From assembly GCA_963205005.1 (NCBI GenBank), contig CAUJHW010000119.1:14438-78437 (forward strand): 64,000 nt of DNA, in the 5' to 3' direction. A model generated the notes under the pieces. It had not been told where the DNA came from. It did not search any database and worked only from the letters and a program-made list of their open reading frames with translations. Numbering within the stretch: the stretch's first letter is position 1; each line of letters begins with the position of its first letter. This DNA comes from Pseudomonadota bacterium. Lineage in GTDB: Bacteria; Pseudomonadota; Alphaproteobacteria; Caulobacterales; Caulobacteraceae. Below, piece after piece: positions 29,490 to 38,172 of the stretch. Both the position numbers and the translations under genes were made by a program.

Positions 29490-30164
29490 ATGTGGGTCGC
29501 AGGTCCGGCGCGCCGCGCGCCCATCGCCGGCCGTCCACAGGCGCTGCGGCTGGGGTTCGACCTGAAACGCGGCATGAAGGTCGGGCTCTATGGCGGCTCG
29601 TTCAATCCGGCCCATGACGGGCACGCCCACGTCGCCGAGACCGCCAAGCGCCGCCTGGGTCTGGACCGGGTGATCTGGCTGGTCTCGCCGCAGAATCCTC
29701 TGAAGTCGCGCCACGAGACCGCCGACCTAGGCGAGCGGATCGCCGGCGCCCGGGCGCTGGCCCAGGGGCCGGGCATGCTGGTGGCCGCCGTGGAGTCGCA
29801 GCTCGGCTCCAACTTTACCATCGACACGATCCGCGGCCTGAAGGCGCGGTTCCCGGGGGTGAAGTTCGTCTGGATCATGGGCGCCGACAGCCTGGCCTCG
29901 TTCCATCGCTGGAAGGGCTGGGTGCAGATCATGCACGAGGTGCCGGTGGCGGTGGTCTCTCGGCCGTGGATCTCGCTGAAGAGCCGCTTCTCGCCGGCGG
30001 CCCTGCGGTTCGCGCGCTTCAGGCGGCCGTCGCAGAGCGCCATCACCCTGGCCAGGGCGAAGACGCCGGCGTGGACCTTCCTGTTCGGGCGCTTCAACTT
30101 CCAGTCTTCGACTGCGCTCCGGGCCCGCGCGCCCAAGGGCAAGGCGGCCCGGCGGCAGGGCTGA
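29490..30164 (+). CDS. nadD: nicotinate-nucleotide adenylyltransferase
   Basis: GLYGGSFNPAHDGH, IMGAD and SSTALR motifs. Confidence 0.93.
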   Translation: MWVAGPARRAPIAGRPQALRLGFDLKRGMKVGLYGGSFNPAHDGHAHVAETAKRRLGLDRVIWLVSPQNPLKSRHETADLGERIAGARALAQGPGMLVAAVESQLGSNFTIDTIRGLKARFPGVKFVWIMGADSLASFHRWKGWVQIMHEVPVAVVSRPWISLKSRFSPAALRFARFRRPSQSAITLARAKTPAWTFLFGRFNFQSSTALRARAPKGKAARRQG

Positions 30165-30214
30165 AACGCCGCAATCCGGTCCCCGGACACGGCGGCTGAC
30201 CACGCCCGCCTTTT

Positions 30215-30673
30215 GTGCTAGGGACTGTCGGGCGAGGATACAAAGGAGCTACCCCGCTGAACTCTGAACCTGCGCCCAGCGCGCACAAGGCCGCGGCCAA
30301 GGCCGGCGCCCCCCAGGATATCGACGCCCGCATCACCGCCGTCGAGGACCTGATCCTCAGCCGGCTGGATGACGACAAGGCCCAGGACGTCGTCTTCATC
30401 GATCTCAAAGGCAAGTCACCTGTCGCCGATGGCCTGGTCGTGGCCTCTGGCCGCTCGCAGCGGCATGTCGGCGCCATGGCCGATCACCTGCTGCGCGCGC
30501 TCAAGGAAGCGGGCTACGGCAAGTGCCGCGTCGAGGGCCTGCCGGCCGCCGACTGGGTGCTGATCGACGCGGGCGACGTGATCATCCATCTGTTCCGCCC
30601 CGAGGTCCGCAGCTTCTACAACATCGAGAAGATCTGGTCGGTCGAGAGCGGCGGACACCGCGGCATCGCCTGA
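30215..30673 (+). CDS. rsfS: ribosome silencing factor
   Basis: LDDDKAQDV, ASGRSQRHV and DWVLIDAGDVIIHLFRPEVRSFYNIEKIW. The true start may be CTG 30257 after AAAGGAG. Confidence 0.94.
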   Translation: MLGTVGRGYKGATPLNSEPAPSAHKAAAKAGAPQDIDARITAVEDLILSRLDDDKAQDVVFIDLKGKSPVADGLVVASGRSQRHVGAMADHLLRALKEAGYGKCRVEGLPAADWVLIDAGDVIIHLFRPEVRSFYNIEKIWSVESGGHRGIA

Positions 30674-30681
30674 CTTGAGGC

Positions 30682-30710
30682 TTTACAGTCGCGCGGCGTC
30701 CCGCTACTTG
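30682..30710 (+). promoter_or_regulatory. putative sigma-70 promoter of the asd leader
   Basis: TTTACA-N17-TACTTG; the predicted start site falls at or near ATG 30719. Confidence 0.45.
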
Positions 30711-30718
30711 GCCGCGCG

Positions 30719-30799
30719 ATGACCTTTGGCATGACCATTATGACCACCCGGAAAACGATCCGCTTCGGCGGGGCGTTCGCGGGTGTGTGCATGGTCTAG
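30719..30799 (+). CDS. putative attenuator leader peptide MTFGMTIMTTRKTIRFGGAFAGVCMV
   Basis: 11 of the first 14 codons encode Met, Thr, Ile or Lys; lies directly upstream of asd. Confidence 0.75.
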   Translation: MTFGMTIMTTRKTIRFGGAFAGVCMV

Positions 30800-30857
30800 A
30801 CCAGGCTTCACCCGGACCGAGCCCCGCCGATGCGCGGGGCCGCCACCTTCCACACAC
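30765..30857 (+). promoter_or_regulatory. alternative RNA pairings of the asd attenuator
   Basis: 30765-30774 pairs with 30821-30830 (10 bp), competing with 30821-30827/30834-30840; 30783-30789 pairs with 30851-30857. Confidence 0.65.
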
Positions 30858-30892
30858 GGCATCCCCCGCGCCTCCGCAATCCCAGGAGACGC

Positions 30893-31975
30893 ATGATGAC
30901 CTTCCCGAACTTCCGACGCGCCCATCCCAACGTCGCCATCGTCGGCGCCACCGGCGCCGTGGGCGTCGAACTGATCCAGTGCCTTGAGGCGCGCGACTTC
31001 CCGGTCTCGCGGCTGAAGCTGCTGGCCTCGCCGCGCTCGGCCGGAAAGCGCCTGCCGTTCCGTGGCGGCTGGCTGACCGTGGATGCCCTGGACGATTCCA
31101 GCTTCGACGAGATCGACCTGGCCTTCTTCTCCGCCGGCAGCGGGACCTCGAAGACCTACGCCCCCAGGGCCGTGGCGGCGGGCGCCGTCGTCGTCGACAA
31201 CTCCTCGGCCTTCCGCGCCGACCCCGACTGTCCGCTGGTCGTGCCTGAGGTGAATCCCGAGACCCTGGCCGGCCACCGCGGGATTGTCTCGGTGCCCAAC
31301 TGCACCGCCATCATCGCCAGCGTTCCGATGGCGCCGCTGGCCCGGGCGTTCGGCCTGGAGCGCGTGCAGATGTCCACCTACCAGGCCGCCTCGGGGGCCG
31401 GTGCGGCGGCCATGGAAGAGCTGCGCGCCTCCACCGAGGCGTTCCTGGCCGGGCGGGCGTTCCAGCCCACCGTGCTGCCGCACCCCTACGCGTTCAACCT
31501 GTTCAGCCACAACGCCGAGGTCGACGTCGACAATGGCTACAATGGCGAGGAGCTGAAGGTGATCGCCGAGTGCCGCCGCCTGCTGGGCGAGCCGGATCTG
31601 CGGATCGGCGTCACCTGCGTGCGGGTGCCCGTGCTGCGCGCCCACTCCATCGCCCTGACCCTGGAATTCGCGCAGCCTGTTTCGCCGGACGCCGTGCGCG
31701 AGGTGCTGGCCCGCGCGCCGGGCGTACGGGTGGTCGACGACCGCGCCGGCAATCACTTCCCGATGCCGTGCGAGGCGCAGGGCCAGGGCGACGTGCTGGC
31801 GGGCCGCATCCGCCACGACCTGTCGGACCCCTCCGGCCGGTCCATCTCCATGTTCCTGGCCGGCGACCAGCTGCTCAAGGGGGCCGCCCTGAACGCGGTG
31901 CAGATCGCCGAGCGGCTGTTCTCCGGTGGGACGGGCGCGCGTTCTCCGGCCGCCGCCCTGGCCGTCGCATCCTAG
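30893..31975 (+). CDS. asd: aspartate-semialdehyde dehydrogenase
   Basis: VGATGAVG, DNSSAFR, PNCT catalytic Cys, CVRVPVLRAHS and DQLLKGAALNAVQIAE. Confidence 0.95.
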   Translation: MMTFPNFRRAHPNVAIVGATGAVGVELIQCLEARDFPVSRLKLLASPRSAGKRLPFRGGWLTVDALDDSSFDEIDLAFFSAGSGTSKTYAPRAVAAGAVVVDNSSAFRADPDCPLVVPEVNPETLAGHRGIVSVPNCTAIIASVPMAPLARAFGLERVQMSTYQAASGAGAAAMEELRASTEAFLAGRAFQPTVLPHPYAFNLFSHNAEVDVDNGYNGEELKVIAECRRLLGEPDLRIGVTCVRVPVLRAHSIALTLEFAQPVSPDAVREVLARAPGVRVVDDRAGNHFPMPCEAQGQGDVLAGRIRHDLSDPSGRSISMFLAGDQLLKGAALNAVQIAERLFSGGTGARSPAAALAVAS

Positions 31976-32045
31976 CCTGTGCGTGCTTCGCGGCTGGACT
32001 TCCCGGGCCGCCGCGGAGCACGATCCCCCACAGGGAGGAACCAAC

Positions 32046-33428
32046 ATGTCGCAGCGTGAAATCCTCGACCGGACCGCAGGCGAGATCGTGCAGGCGCTGG
32101 CCGCCCGCGAGGTCGGCGCACTGGAGGTGACGGACGCCGCCATCGCCCGCATCGAGGCCCGCGACGGTCCGATCAACGCCGTGGTGGTCCGCGACTTCGA
32201 CCGCGCCCGAGTCGCGGCCAGGGCGGCGGATGCGGCCCTGGCGGCGGGAGAGCGCAGGCCCCTGCTGGGCCTGCCGATGACCGTGAAGGAGAGCCACAAC
32301 GTCGCCGACCTGCCCACCACCTGGGGCAGCCCGGCGTTCCGGGGCTTCACCGCCGCCCACGATTCCATCGGCGTTGAGCGGCTGAAGGCGGCCGGGGCGG
32401 TGATCCTCGGCAAGACCAACGTGCCGCCGTTCCTCGCCGACTGGCAGTCGAACAATCCGGTCTACGGCCGCACGAACAATCCGTGGGACCTCTCCCGCTC
32501 ACCGGGCGGCTCCTCGGGCGGCAGCGCCGCGGCGCTGGCGGCGGGGATGGTTCCGCTGGAGTTCGGGTCGGACATCGGCGGCTCGATCCGCGTACCGGCG
32601 GCCTTCTGCGGCGTCTATGGCCACAAGCCCACCTACAACCTGATCCCCCTGCGTGGCCATTCGCCGCCCGGGCTCGACGGCGGCCCGATCCCGCTGGCGG
32701 TCGTTGGGCCGCTCGCCCGCAGCGCCGAAGACCTGGACCTGGCGCTTGGCGTCCTGGCCGGACCCGAGCCCGAGGAGGCCAAGGGCTACCGGCTCGACCT
32801 GCCCGCCCCGCGGCAGCGTGCGCTCGCCGACCACCGCATCCTTGTGCTCGACCAGCATCCCCTGATCGACACCGACCGCGAGATCCGCGCCGCGATCAGC
32901 GGTCTTGCCGACCGCCTCGACGCCCTGGGCGCGCCCGTGTCCCGGTCCAGCGACCTGCTGCCCGATCTCGCCGGCCAGCACATGGTCTATGGGGGCATCC
33001 TCAATGCGGCGATGTCGCGCGGGTCGCCCGAGGGGACGACCATGACCGCCCATGAGTTCATGAACCTTCAGGACGCGCAGGTGGCCCTGGCCCGCCAGTG
33101 GGCCCGCCTGTTCGAGGCCTTCGACGTGGTGCTGACGCCGGCGTTCGGCACGGTCGCCTATCCGCATGTGGAGATCGAGGACATGTCGCTGCGCCGGCTG
33201 GTCATCGACGGCCGCGAGACCGGCTACTTCGACCAGCTCGCCTGGCCGGGGGTGGCGCTCCTGCCCAACCTGCCGGCCACCGTCGCGCCGCTCGGCCTGA
33301 GCGCCGCCGGCCTCCCGATCGCGGTGCAGATCCTGGGCGGCCACCTCGAGGACCGCACCACCATCGCCTTCGCCGGCCTGCTGGCGCGGGAATTCGGCGG
33401 CTTCCGCGCCCCGCCCGGCCTGTCCTGA
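32046..33428 (+). CDS. amidase signature family protein
   Basis: GLPMTVKE, GKTN, PGGSSGGSAAA and GSDIGGSIR motifs. Confidence 0.93.
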   Translation: MSQREILDRTAGEIVQALAAREVGALEVTDAAIARIEARDGPINAVVVRDFDRARVAARAADAALAAGERRPLLGLPMTVKESHNVADLPTTWGSPAFRGFTAAHDSIGVERLKAAGAVILGKTNVPPFLADWQSNNPVYGRTNNPWDLSRSPGGSSGGSAAALAAGMVPLEFGSDIGGSIRVPAAFCGVYGHKPTYNLIPLRGHSPPGLDGGPIPLAVVGPLARSAEDLDLALGVLAGPEPEEAKGYRLDLPAPRQRALADHRILVLDQHPLIDTDREIRAAISGLADRLDALGAPVSRSSDLLPDLAGQHMVYGGILNAAMSRGSPEGTTMTAHEFMNLQDAQVALARQWARLFEAFDVVLTPAFGTVAYPHVEIEDMSLRRLVIDGRETGYFDQLAWPGVALLPNLPATVAPLGLSAAGLPIAVQILGGHLEDRTTIAFAGLLAREFGGFRAPPGLS

Positions 33429-33431
33429 CGC

Positions 33432-33896
33432 GTGAAGATCGCCGTTATCGCCATCGGCCGCCTGGCCCGTTCGCCCGAGACCGAACTGGTGAAGCTGTAT
33501 GTGGATCGCGCCACCGCGGCAGGCCGGTCCCTTGGCCTTGGGCCTGTGGAGGTGATCGAGGTCGAAAGCCGCAAGCCCGGAAAGGCCGCCGAGGCCGAGG
33601 CGCTGCGGGCGCACCTCGCCGACAGCCACGTCATCGCCTGCGACGAGCGCGGCAAGGCCCGCGCCAGCCGCGCCTTCGCCGACGAGATCGGAACCCTGCG
33701 CGACCGCGGCGTCCGGCGGCTGGTGTTCCTGATCGGCGGGGCGGACGGACTCGATCCGGAACTGGTGAAAACCTGCGCCGGGGCGCTCGCGTTCGGCCCC
33801 CAGACCTGGCCGCACGCCATGGCCCGGGCGATGCTCTGTGAACAGATCTATCGGGCAGTCTCGATTCTGGCCGGATCACCGTATCATCGCGACTGA
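33432..33896 (+). CDS. rlmH: 23S rRNA (pseudouridine1915-N3)-methyltransferase
   Basis: FLIGGADG...TWPH-MAR-ML-EQIYRA...GSPYHRD. Confidence 0.95.
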   Translation: MKIAVIAIGRLARSPETELVKLYVDRATAAGRSLGLGPVEVIEVESRKPGKAAEAEALRAHLADSHVIACDERGKARASRAFADEIGTLRDRGVRRLVFLIGGADGLDPELVKTCAGALAFGPQTWPHAMARAMLCEQIYRAVSILAGSPYHRD

Positions 33897-34732
33897 TGCG
33901 GCGGATTCTCTTCCTTGGCGCGATGGGCGCGATGATGGTCGGCGCGGTGGCGGTGGCCGCGACCGCCGACCGGCTTGAGCGGCTCAATGTCGCGGAGACG
34001 GAGCTTTCGGTCGACCAGGGCCTGAACATGCACCGCCTGTCACGGCTGCTGTCGGTGCTGGAGCAGCTGCGGCGCGACCCGCCGCCGGCCCTGCTGGTCT
34101 CGCCGCAGGACGCCAAGGACGCGGTGCGCGCCGCGATCCTGGTGAAGGCCATGACGCCGGACCTGCAGGCCCGCGCCCGCGGCTATGCCGACAGCGCCTC
34201 CGAGGTGATGCGCCAGCGCCGTCTGGCCGCCGTGCAGAGCGAGGCCCTGTTCGAGCGCGACAGCTTGGCCGCCGACGCCCTGCCCGAGCCGGACAACGGC
34301 GTGCGGATCGGCGCCGCGCCCGGCGGGCCCGACGTGGTGCTGACGCCGCCCGAGCGGTTGTCGCCGCCGTTGCCGGGCCGCGTCATCCGGGCGTTCGGCG
34401 ACCCCATCCCCGGCGGAGGCCGCGCCAACGGCCTGACCTTCGCCGCGGCGAAGGGCGCCCGCGCAGTGAGCCCGGCGCAGGGCCTTGTCCAATATGTGGG
34501 CCCGGTAAAGGGCTGGGGCGTCATCGTGATATTAAGACTAGCGGGTGGATATCATCTCGTGCTTGCTGGTCTCGACAGGACATCGGTGCAGGCTGGTCAA
34601 TCCGTCGCGGAGGGCCAGGCTGTCGGATGGGTCTCCGAAGGTCAGCAGACGCCGCCGGAACTCTACCTGGAAATCCGGGAACAGGGTTCGCCCGTAGATC
34701 CGGGACGGTGGTTGAACAAGAAAGCGGGCTGA
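33896..34732 (+). CDS. EnvC-like murein hydrolase activator (degenerate M23/LytM domain)
   Basis: Coiled coil plus a LytM fold lacking the Zn ligands (NGLTF, YHLV, LYLEIR); upstream of ctpA. Confidence 0.8.
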   Translation: MRRILFLGAMGAMMVGAVAVAATADRLERLNVAETELSVDQGLNMHRLSRLLSVLEQLRRDPPPALLVSPQDAKDAVRAAILVKAMTPDLQARARGYADSASEVMRQRRLAAVQSEALFERDSLAADALPEPDNGVRIGAAPGGPDVVLTPPERLSPPLPGRVIRAFGDPIPGGGRANGLTFAAAKGARAVSPAQGLVQYVGPVKGWGVIVILRLAGGYHLVLAGLDRTSVQAGQSVAEGQAVGWVSEGQQTPPELYLEIREQGSPVDPGRWLNKKAG

Positions 34733-34805
34733 TGCGGCCTTAATGCCGTCGCCACGGCCTGCTCGATAAGCGGCGACAGCTGCAAATGGGAGTCTGAGGC
34801 AGGCT

Positions 34806-36197
34806 ATGAAGAAGTATCTCCTGATCGGCGCGTCGGCCTTCATCCTCGGCGCGGGATCCATGGCCTATGTCAGCCAGCAGGCGCTGGCTTCCGCCCAGCC
34901 CCGGGCCAAGACCTATCGCATGCTCGGCCTCTTCGGCGACGTGCTGAACACGGTCGAGAACCAGTATGTGACCGAGGTCGACGACACCAAGCTGATCCAG
35001 GCCGCCATCGACGGCATGCTGACCTCCCTCGACCCCCACTCCGGCTATCTGGACCCCGAGTCCTTCGACGACATGCGCGATCAGACGCGCGGCGAGTACG
35101 GCGGTCTGGGCCTCGAGGTCACCAGCGAGGACGGCGTGGTCAAGGTGATCTCGCCCATGGACGGCACGCCCGCCGAGAAGGCCGGGATCAAGGCCGGCGA
35201 CTACATCACCTCGGTCAACGGCGAGAGCGTGCTGGGCCTGACAGTCACCGAGGCCGTCAAGCAGATGCGCGGCAAGCCCGGCGAGACGGTCTCGCTGACC
35301 ATCGCCCGCGAGAAGTCCGACCCGTTCGACGTCAAGCTGGTCCGCGAGGTCATCAAGCCCAAGTCGGCCACGGCGCGGCTCGAGGGCGACTACATCCTGC
35401 TGCGGATCGGCAGCTTCAACGAGAAGACCACCGACGAGGCCGAGGCGGCCTTCGCCGAGATGAAGGCCAAGAACCCCAAGGCCAAGGGCCTGATCCTCGA
35501 CCTGCGGAACAACCCCGGCGGCCTGCTCGACCAGGCCGTGGGCGTTTCCGACCTGTTCCTCGAAGGCGGCGAGATCGTCTCGCAGCGCGGCCGCGACCCC
35601 CGCGACGTCGAGCGCTACAACGCCCGCACCGGCGACATGACCGGCGGGATGCCGATGGTCGTGCTGATCAACTCCGGCTCCGCCTCGGCGGCGGAAATCG
35701 TCGCCGGCGCCCTGCAGGACCGCAAGCGGGCCGAACTCGTTGGCACCACCAGCTTCGGCAAGGGCTCGGTGCAGACCGTGATCCCGCTGCGCGGCGGCAT
35801 TGACGGGGCGCTCAAGCTGACCACCGCCAAGTACTTCACGCCGTCCGGCCGCTCCATCCAGAAGACCGGCATCGAGCCGGACCTGGAGGTCGCCCTGACC
35901 CGCGAGGAGGCGCAGATCATCGCCAACCGCACCTACCAGTTCTCGGAAGCCTCGTTCAAGAACGCGCTCAACGCCGACGAGGGCAAGGTGCGCCGTGGCG
36001 CCCACGAGCCGGCCGAGGCGCCGCCGGAGACCTTCGACGTGAAGAAGGACTTCCAGATCGCCCGGGCGGAAGACGTGCTGCGCTACGGCTCGGTGGCGGC
36101 CACGCCCAAGCTGCCCAAGCCCACCGCCCGCATGGCCGAGATCGTCAACAAGGCGCGCGTGGCCGAGGCCAAGCCGCCGGCGACGCCCCAGAAGTAG
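34806..36197 (+). CDS. ctpA: S41 C-terminal processing peptidase
   Basis: LDPHSGY, PDZ domain, LILDLRNNPGGLL, SASAAEIVAGALQD, SFGKGSVQ. Confidence 0.93.
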   Translation: MKKYLLIGASAFILGAGSMAYVSQQALASAQPRAKTYRMLGLFGDVLNTVENQYVTEVDDTKLIQAAIDGMLTSLDPHSGYLDPESFDDMRDQTRGEYGGLGLEVTSEDGVVKVISPMDGTPAEKAGIKAGDYITSVNGESVLGLTVTEAVKQMRGKPGETVSLTIAREKSDPFDVKLVREVIKPKSATARLEGDYILLRIGSFNEKTTDEAEAAFAEMKAKNPKAKGLILDLRNNPGGLLDQAVGVSDLFLEGGEIVSQRGRDPRDVERYNARTGDMTGGMPMVVLINSGSASAAEIVAGALQDRKRAELVGTTSFGKGSVQTVIPLRGGIDGALKLTTAKYFTPSGRSIQKTGIEPDLEVALTREEAQIIANRTYQFSEASFKNALNADEGKVRRGAHEPAEAPPETFDVKKDFQIARAEDVLRYGSVAATPKLPKPTARMAEIVNKARVAEAKPPATPQK

Positions 36198-36463
36198 CCC
36201 TGCCGCCGCGCCCTATCCCCAGGGGTCGGGCGCGCCGAGGGACTGGCCGGTGACAGAGATCGGCGGATCGGGCTCCGGTGGCGCGGCCGCCGACAGTAGC
36301 CGTCCGCGGCGCCGTCCCCGTCGACGTCAGCCTCGATCCGGGTCAGCGGCGGGCCGGGCGGCATGACGCCCCGCGGGGCGAAACCGTTGTCCCTACCCTG
36401 GCGTCGGCGCCGTCACCGACAAACGGACCCGGGCGCAGGACCCGCACCTCATGACGCCTGGCC

Positions 36464-36802
36464 TCAGCCGGCGGCCCGGTCCCGAGGCTGGCTGGCGGCG
36501 CGCCCGGCGTCGAACAGCAGCCTGTAGAGTTCCGGCTCGTAGTAGCGCAGCAGGGTCTTGGCGAAGGCTCCGGGCTCAAGGCCAAGAGCCTGCGCCCAGG
36601 CGCCCTGTGTCTCGATGGGCAGGCGACCGAGGCCGCTCTCGACCTGGGAGACGAAGGTATAATATCGCAGCCCGACCCGCTCAGCCAGTTCCGCCTGTGT
36701 GAGTTTGGCCTGTTCCCGGGCGGTTTTCAGCCAGCGGCCAGCCTCCTGGCGCAAGATCTTTGTCTGGGCGGCCTTCGCGGGATCGGTGGCGGGTCTGGGC
36801 AT
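36464..36802 (-). CDS. XRE-family helix-turn-helix regulator
   Basis: LKTAREQAKLTQAELAERVG...VSQVESGLG. Confidence 0.85.
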   Translation of the reverse strand: MPRPATDPAKAAQTKILRQEAGRWLKTAREQAKLTQAELAERVGLRYYTFVSQVESGLGRLPIETQGAWAQALGLEPGAFAKTLLRYYEPELYRLLFDAGRAASQPRDRAAG

Positions 36803-37162
36803 CGAAGGCTCCGGTCAGCCGCACAACGCCCTTGCGGGGACGCCACACGACAGTTTGTATAATTGTTACACAACATATACTTACACGACGACTATCCGCT
36901 CGTCATGGCTGTCACGTCGAGCGGGATCGGGAAAGCGATGAGGCGTCGCCGTGAACGCCGGCGGGGCCTTCGAGGGCGACTATCGCGAGGATGACTTCCG
37001 CGCCGCCGTCCAGTTCCAGTTCTGATACTCGCCTGACAGGGGCGTCCGTTTGTCGGCGGCCCGCTTTTTGCCTAGAAAGCCTGTCAGTCTTCGCCTGGTC
37101 CCGGACGGAGACGGCCGAAGCGTGCGGCGCGCCCAGGAGGCGGATGCCGCGACAAGCGCACG

Positions 37163-38071
37163 GTGATGGTGGAGCAAGAGGCGTTGGTGAAAGACAAGCA
37201 GAGCCCGAAGACGCGCGCGCGTCGCCTGGTCGCCGAAGCGATGATCGTCGGGGCCGCGGGCCTGAGCGCCGTTGCGGTCGCCCACGCCTCGCTGCTGACG
37301 CCGGCGCCGCTGTCGAACCGTCCTGCCGCGCCGCGGATCGCCACGACCGCCGCGGCCGCCAGCGCCGCGCCCGCCGACGACGTCCTGATCGCCTTCGAGG
37401 AGCCGGTCCCCGGCCATGCGGTGGTGTCGCCCTTCGGCCTTCGCCAGCTGCCGTGGGAAGGCTCCGGTCGCCTGCACGAGGGCGTCGACATCTCGGCCGA
37501 CGCCGGTGTTCCGGTGCGTGTCGCGGCCGACGGCGTGGTCATCGCTGCGGGTGAAAAGGGCGGCTACGGCCGCTATGTGGCCGTGCGGCATGCCGAGGGC
37601 CTGACCACCTTCTACGCCCATCTCGGCGGGATCGTCGCCGGCGTGAAGCCGGGCATGACCGTCGCGGCCGGTCAGTCCGTGGGACGCGTGGGCTCCACGG
37701 GAACCTCGACCGGACCGCACCTGCATTTCGAGATCCGCGACGGCAAGGACCGCCCGCTGAACCCGGCGATGTTCCTCGGCAAGGCCTTCGCCGAGGCCGG
37801 CGACCTGCCCCTGGACAAGGCCCAGCGCTACTCCGGCCGGGTCCGCATGGCCCAGGTGTCCTACATCCCCGAAAGCAAGCGGGCCCTGATGGACGCCCGG
37901 GCCGGCAAGCCGATCATCATCAAGCGCACCACCGAGGCCGAGGACCTGGCCCAGGCCGAGCGCAACCTGCTCGGCCTGACCCGCGACGCCGGCCGGGGCG
38001 AGAAGATCGAGGGGCTGAAGGGCGTCTCCATCGGTCCCGACGGCCGGCCGCGGGCGCAGCTCAGCCTTTAG
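37163..38071 (+). CDS. M23/LytM metallopeptidase
   Basis: HEGVD, YAHL and STGPHLHFE Zn motifs; N-terminal membrane anchor; start may be a few codons downstream. Confidence 0.9.
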   Translation: MMVEQEALVKDKQSPKTRARRLVAEAMIVGAAGLSAVAVAHASLLTPAPLSNRPAAPRIATTAAAASAAPADDVLIAFEEPVPGHAVVSPFGLRQLPWEGSGRLHEGVDISADAGVPVRVAADGVVIAAGEKGGYGRYVAVRHAEGLTTFYAHLGGIVAGVKPGMTVAAGQSVGRVGSTGTSTGPHLHFEIRDGKDRPLNPAMFLGKAFAEAGDLPLDKAQRYSGRVRMAQVSYIPESKRALMDARAGKPIIIKRTTEAEDLAQAERNLLGLTRDAGRGEKIEGLKGVSIGPDGRPRAQLSL

Positions 38072-38172
38072 CGTCCGCGCTTACCCGGCGGCAGGCTTGC
38101 GAGGCAGGTCCGCCACGGCATAGTTGTCCCGATACGCCGACCCGCTCAGAAGTCGGCTTCCGGGAGAGCGTC

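Noticed and set aside
36083-36585. Short ORFs between ctpA and the XRE gene (one contains DVDGDGAAD)
   Set aside because: They overlap ctpA antisense or the XRE gene and lack an RBS. A single EF-hand-like word is not enough support.
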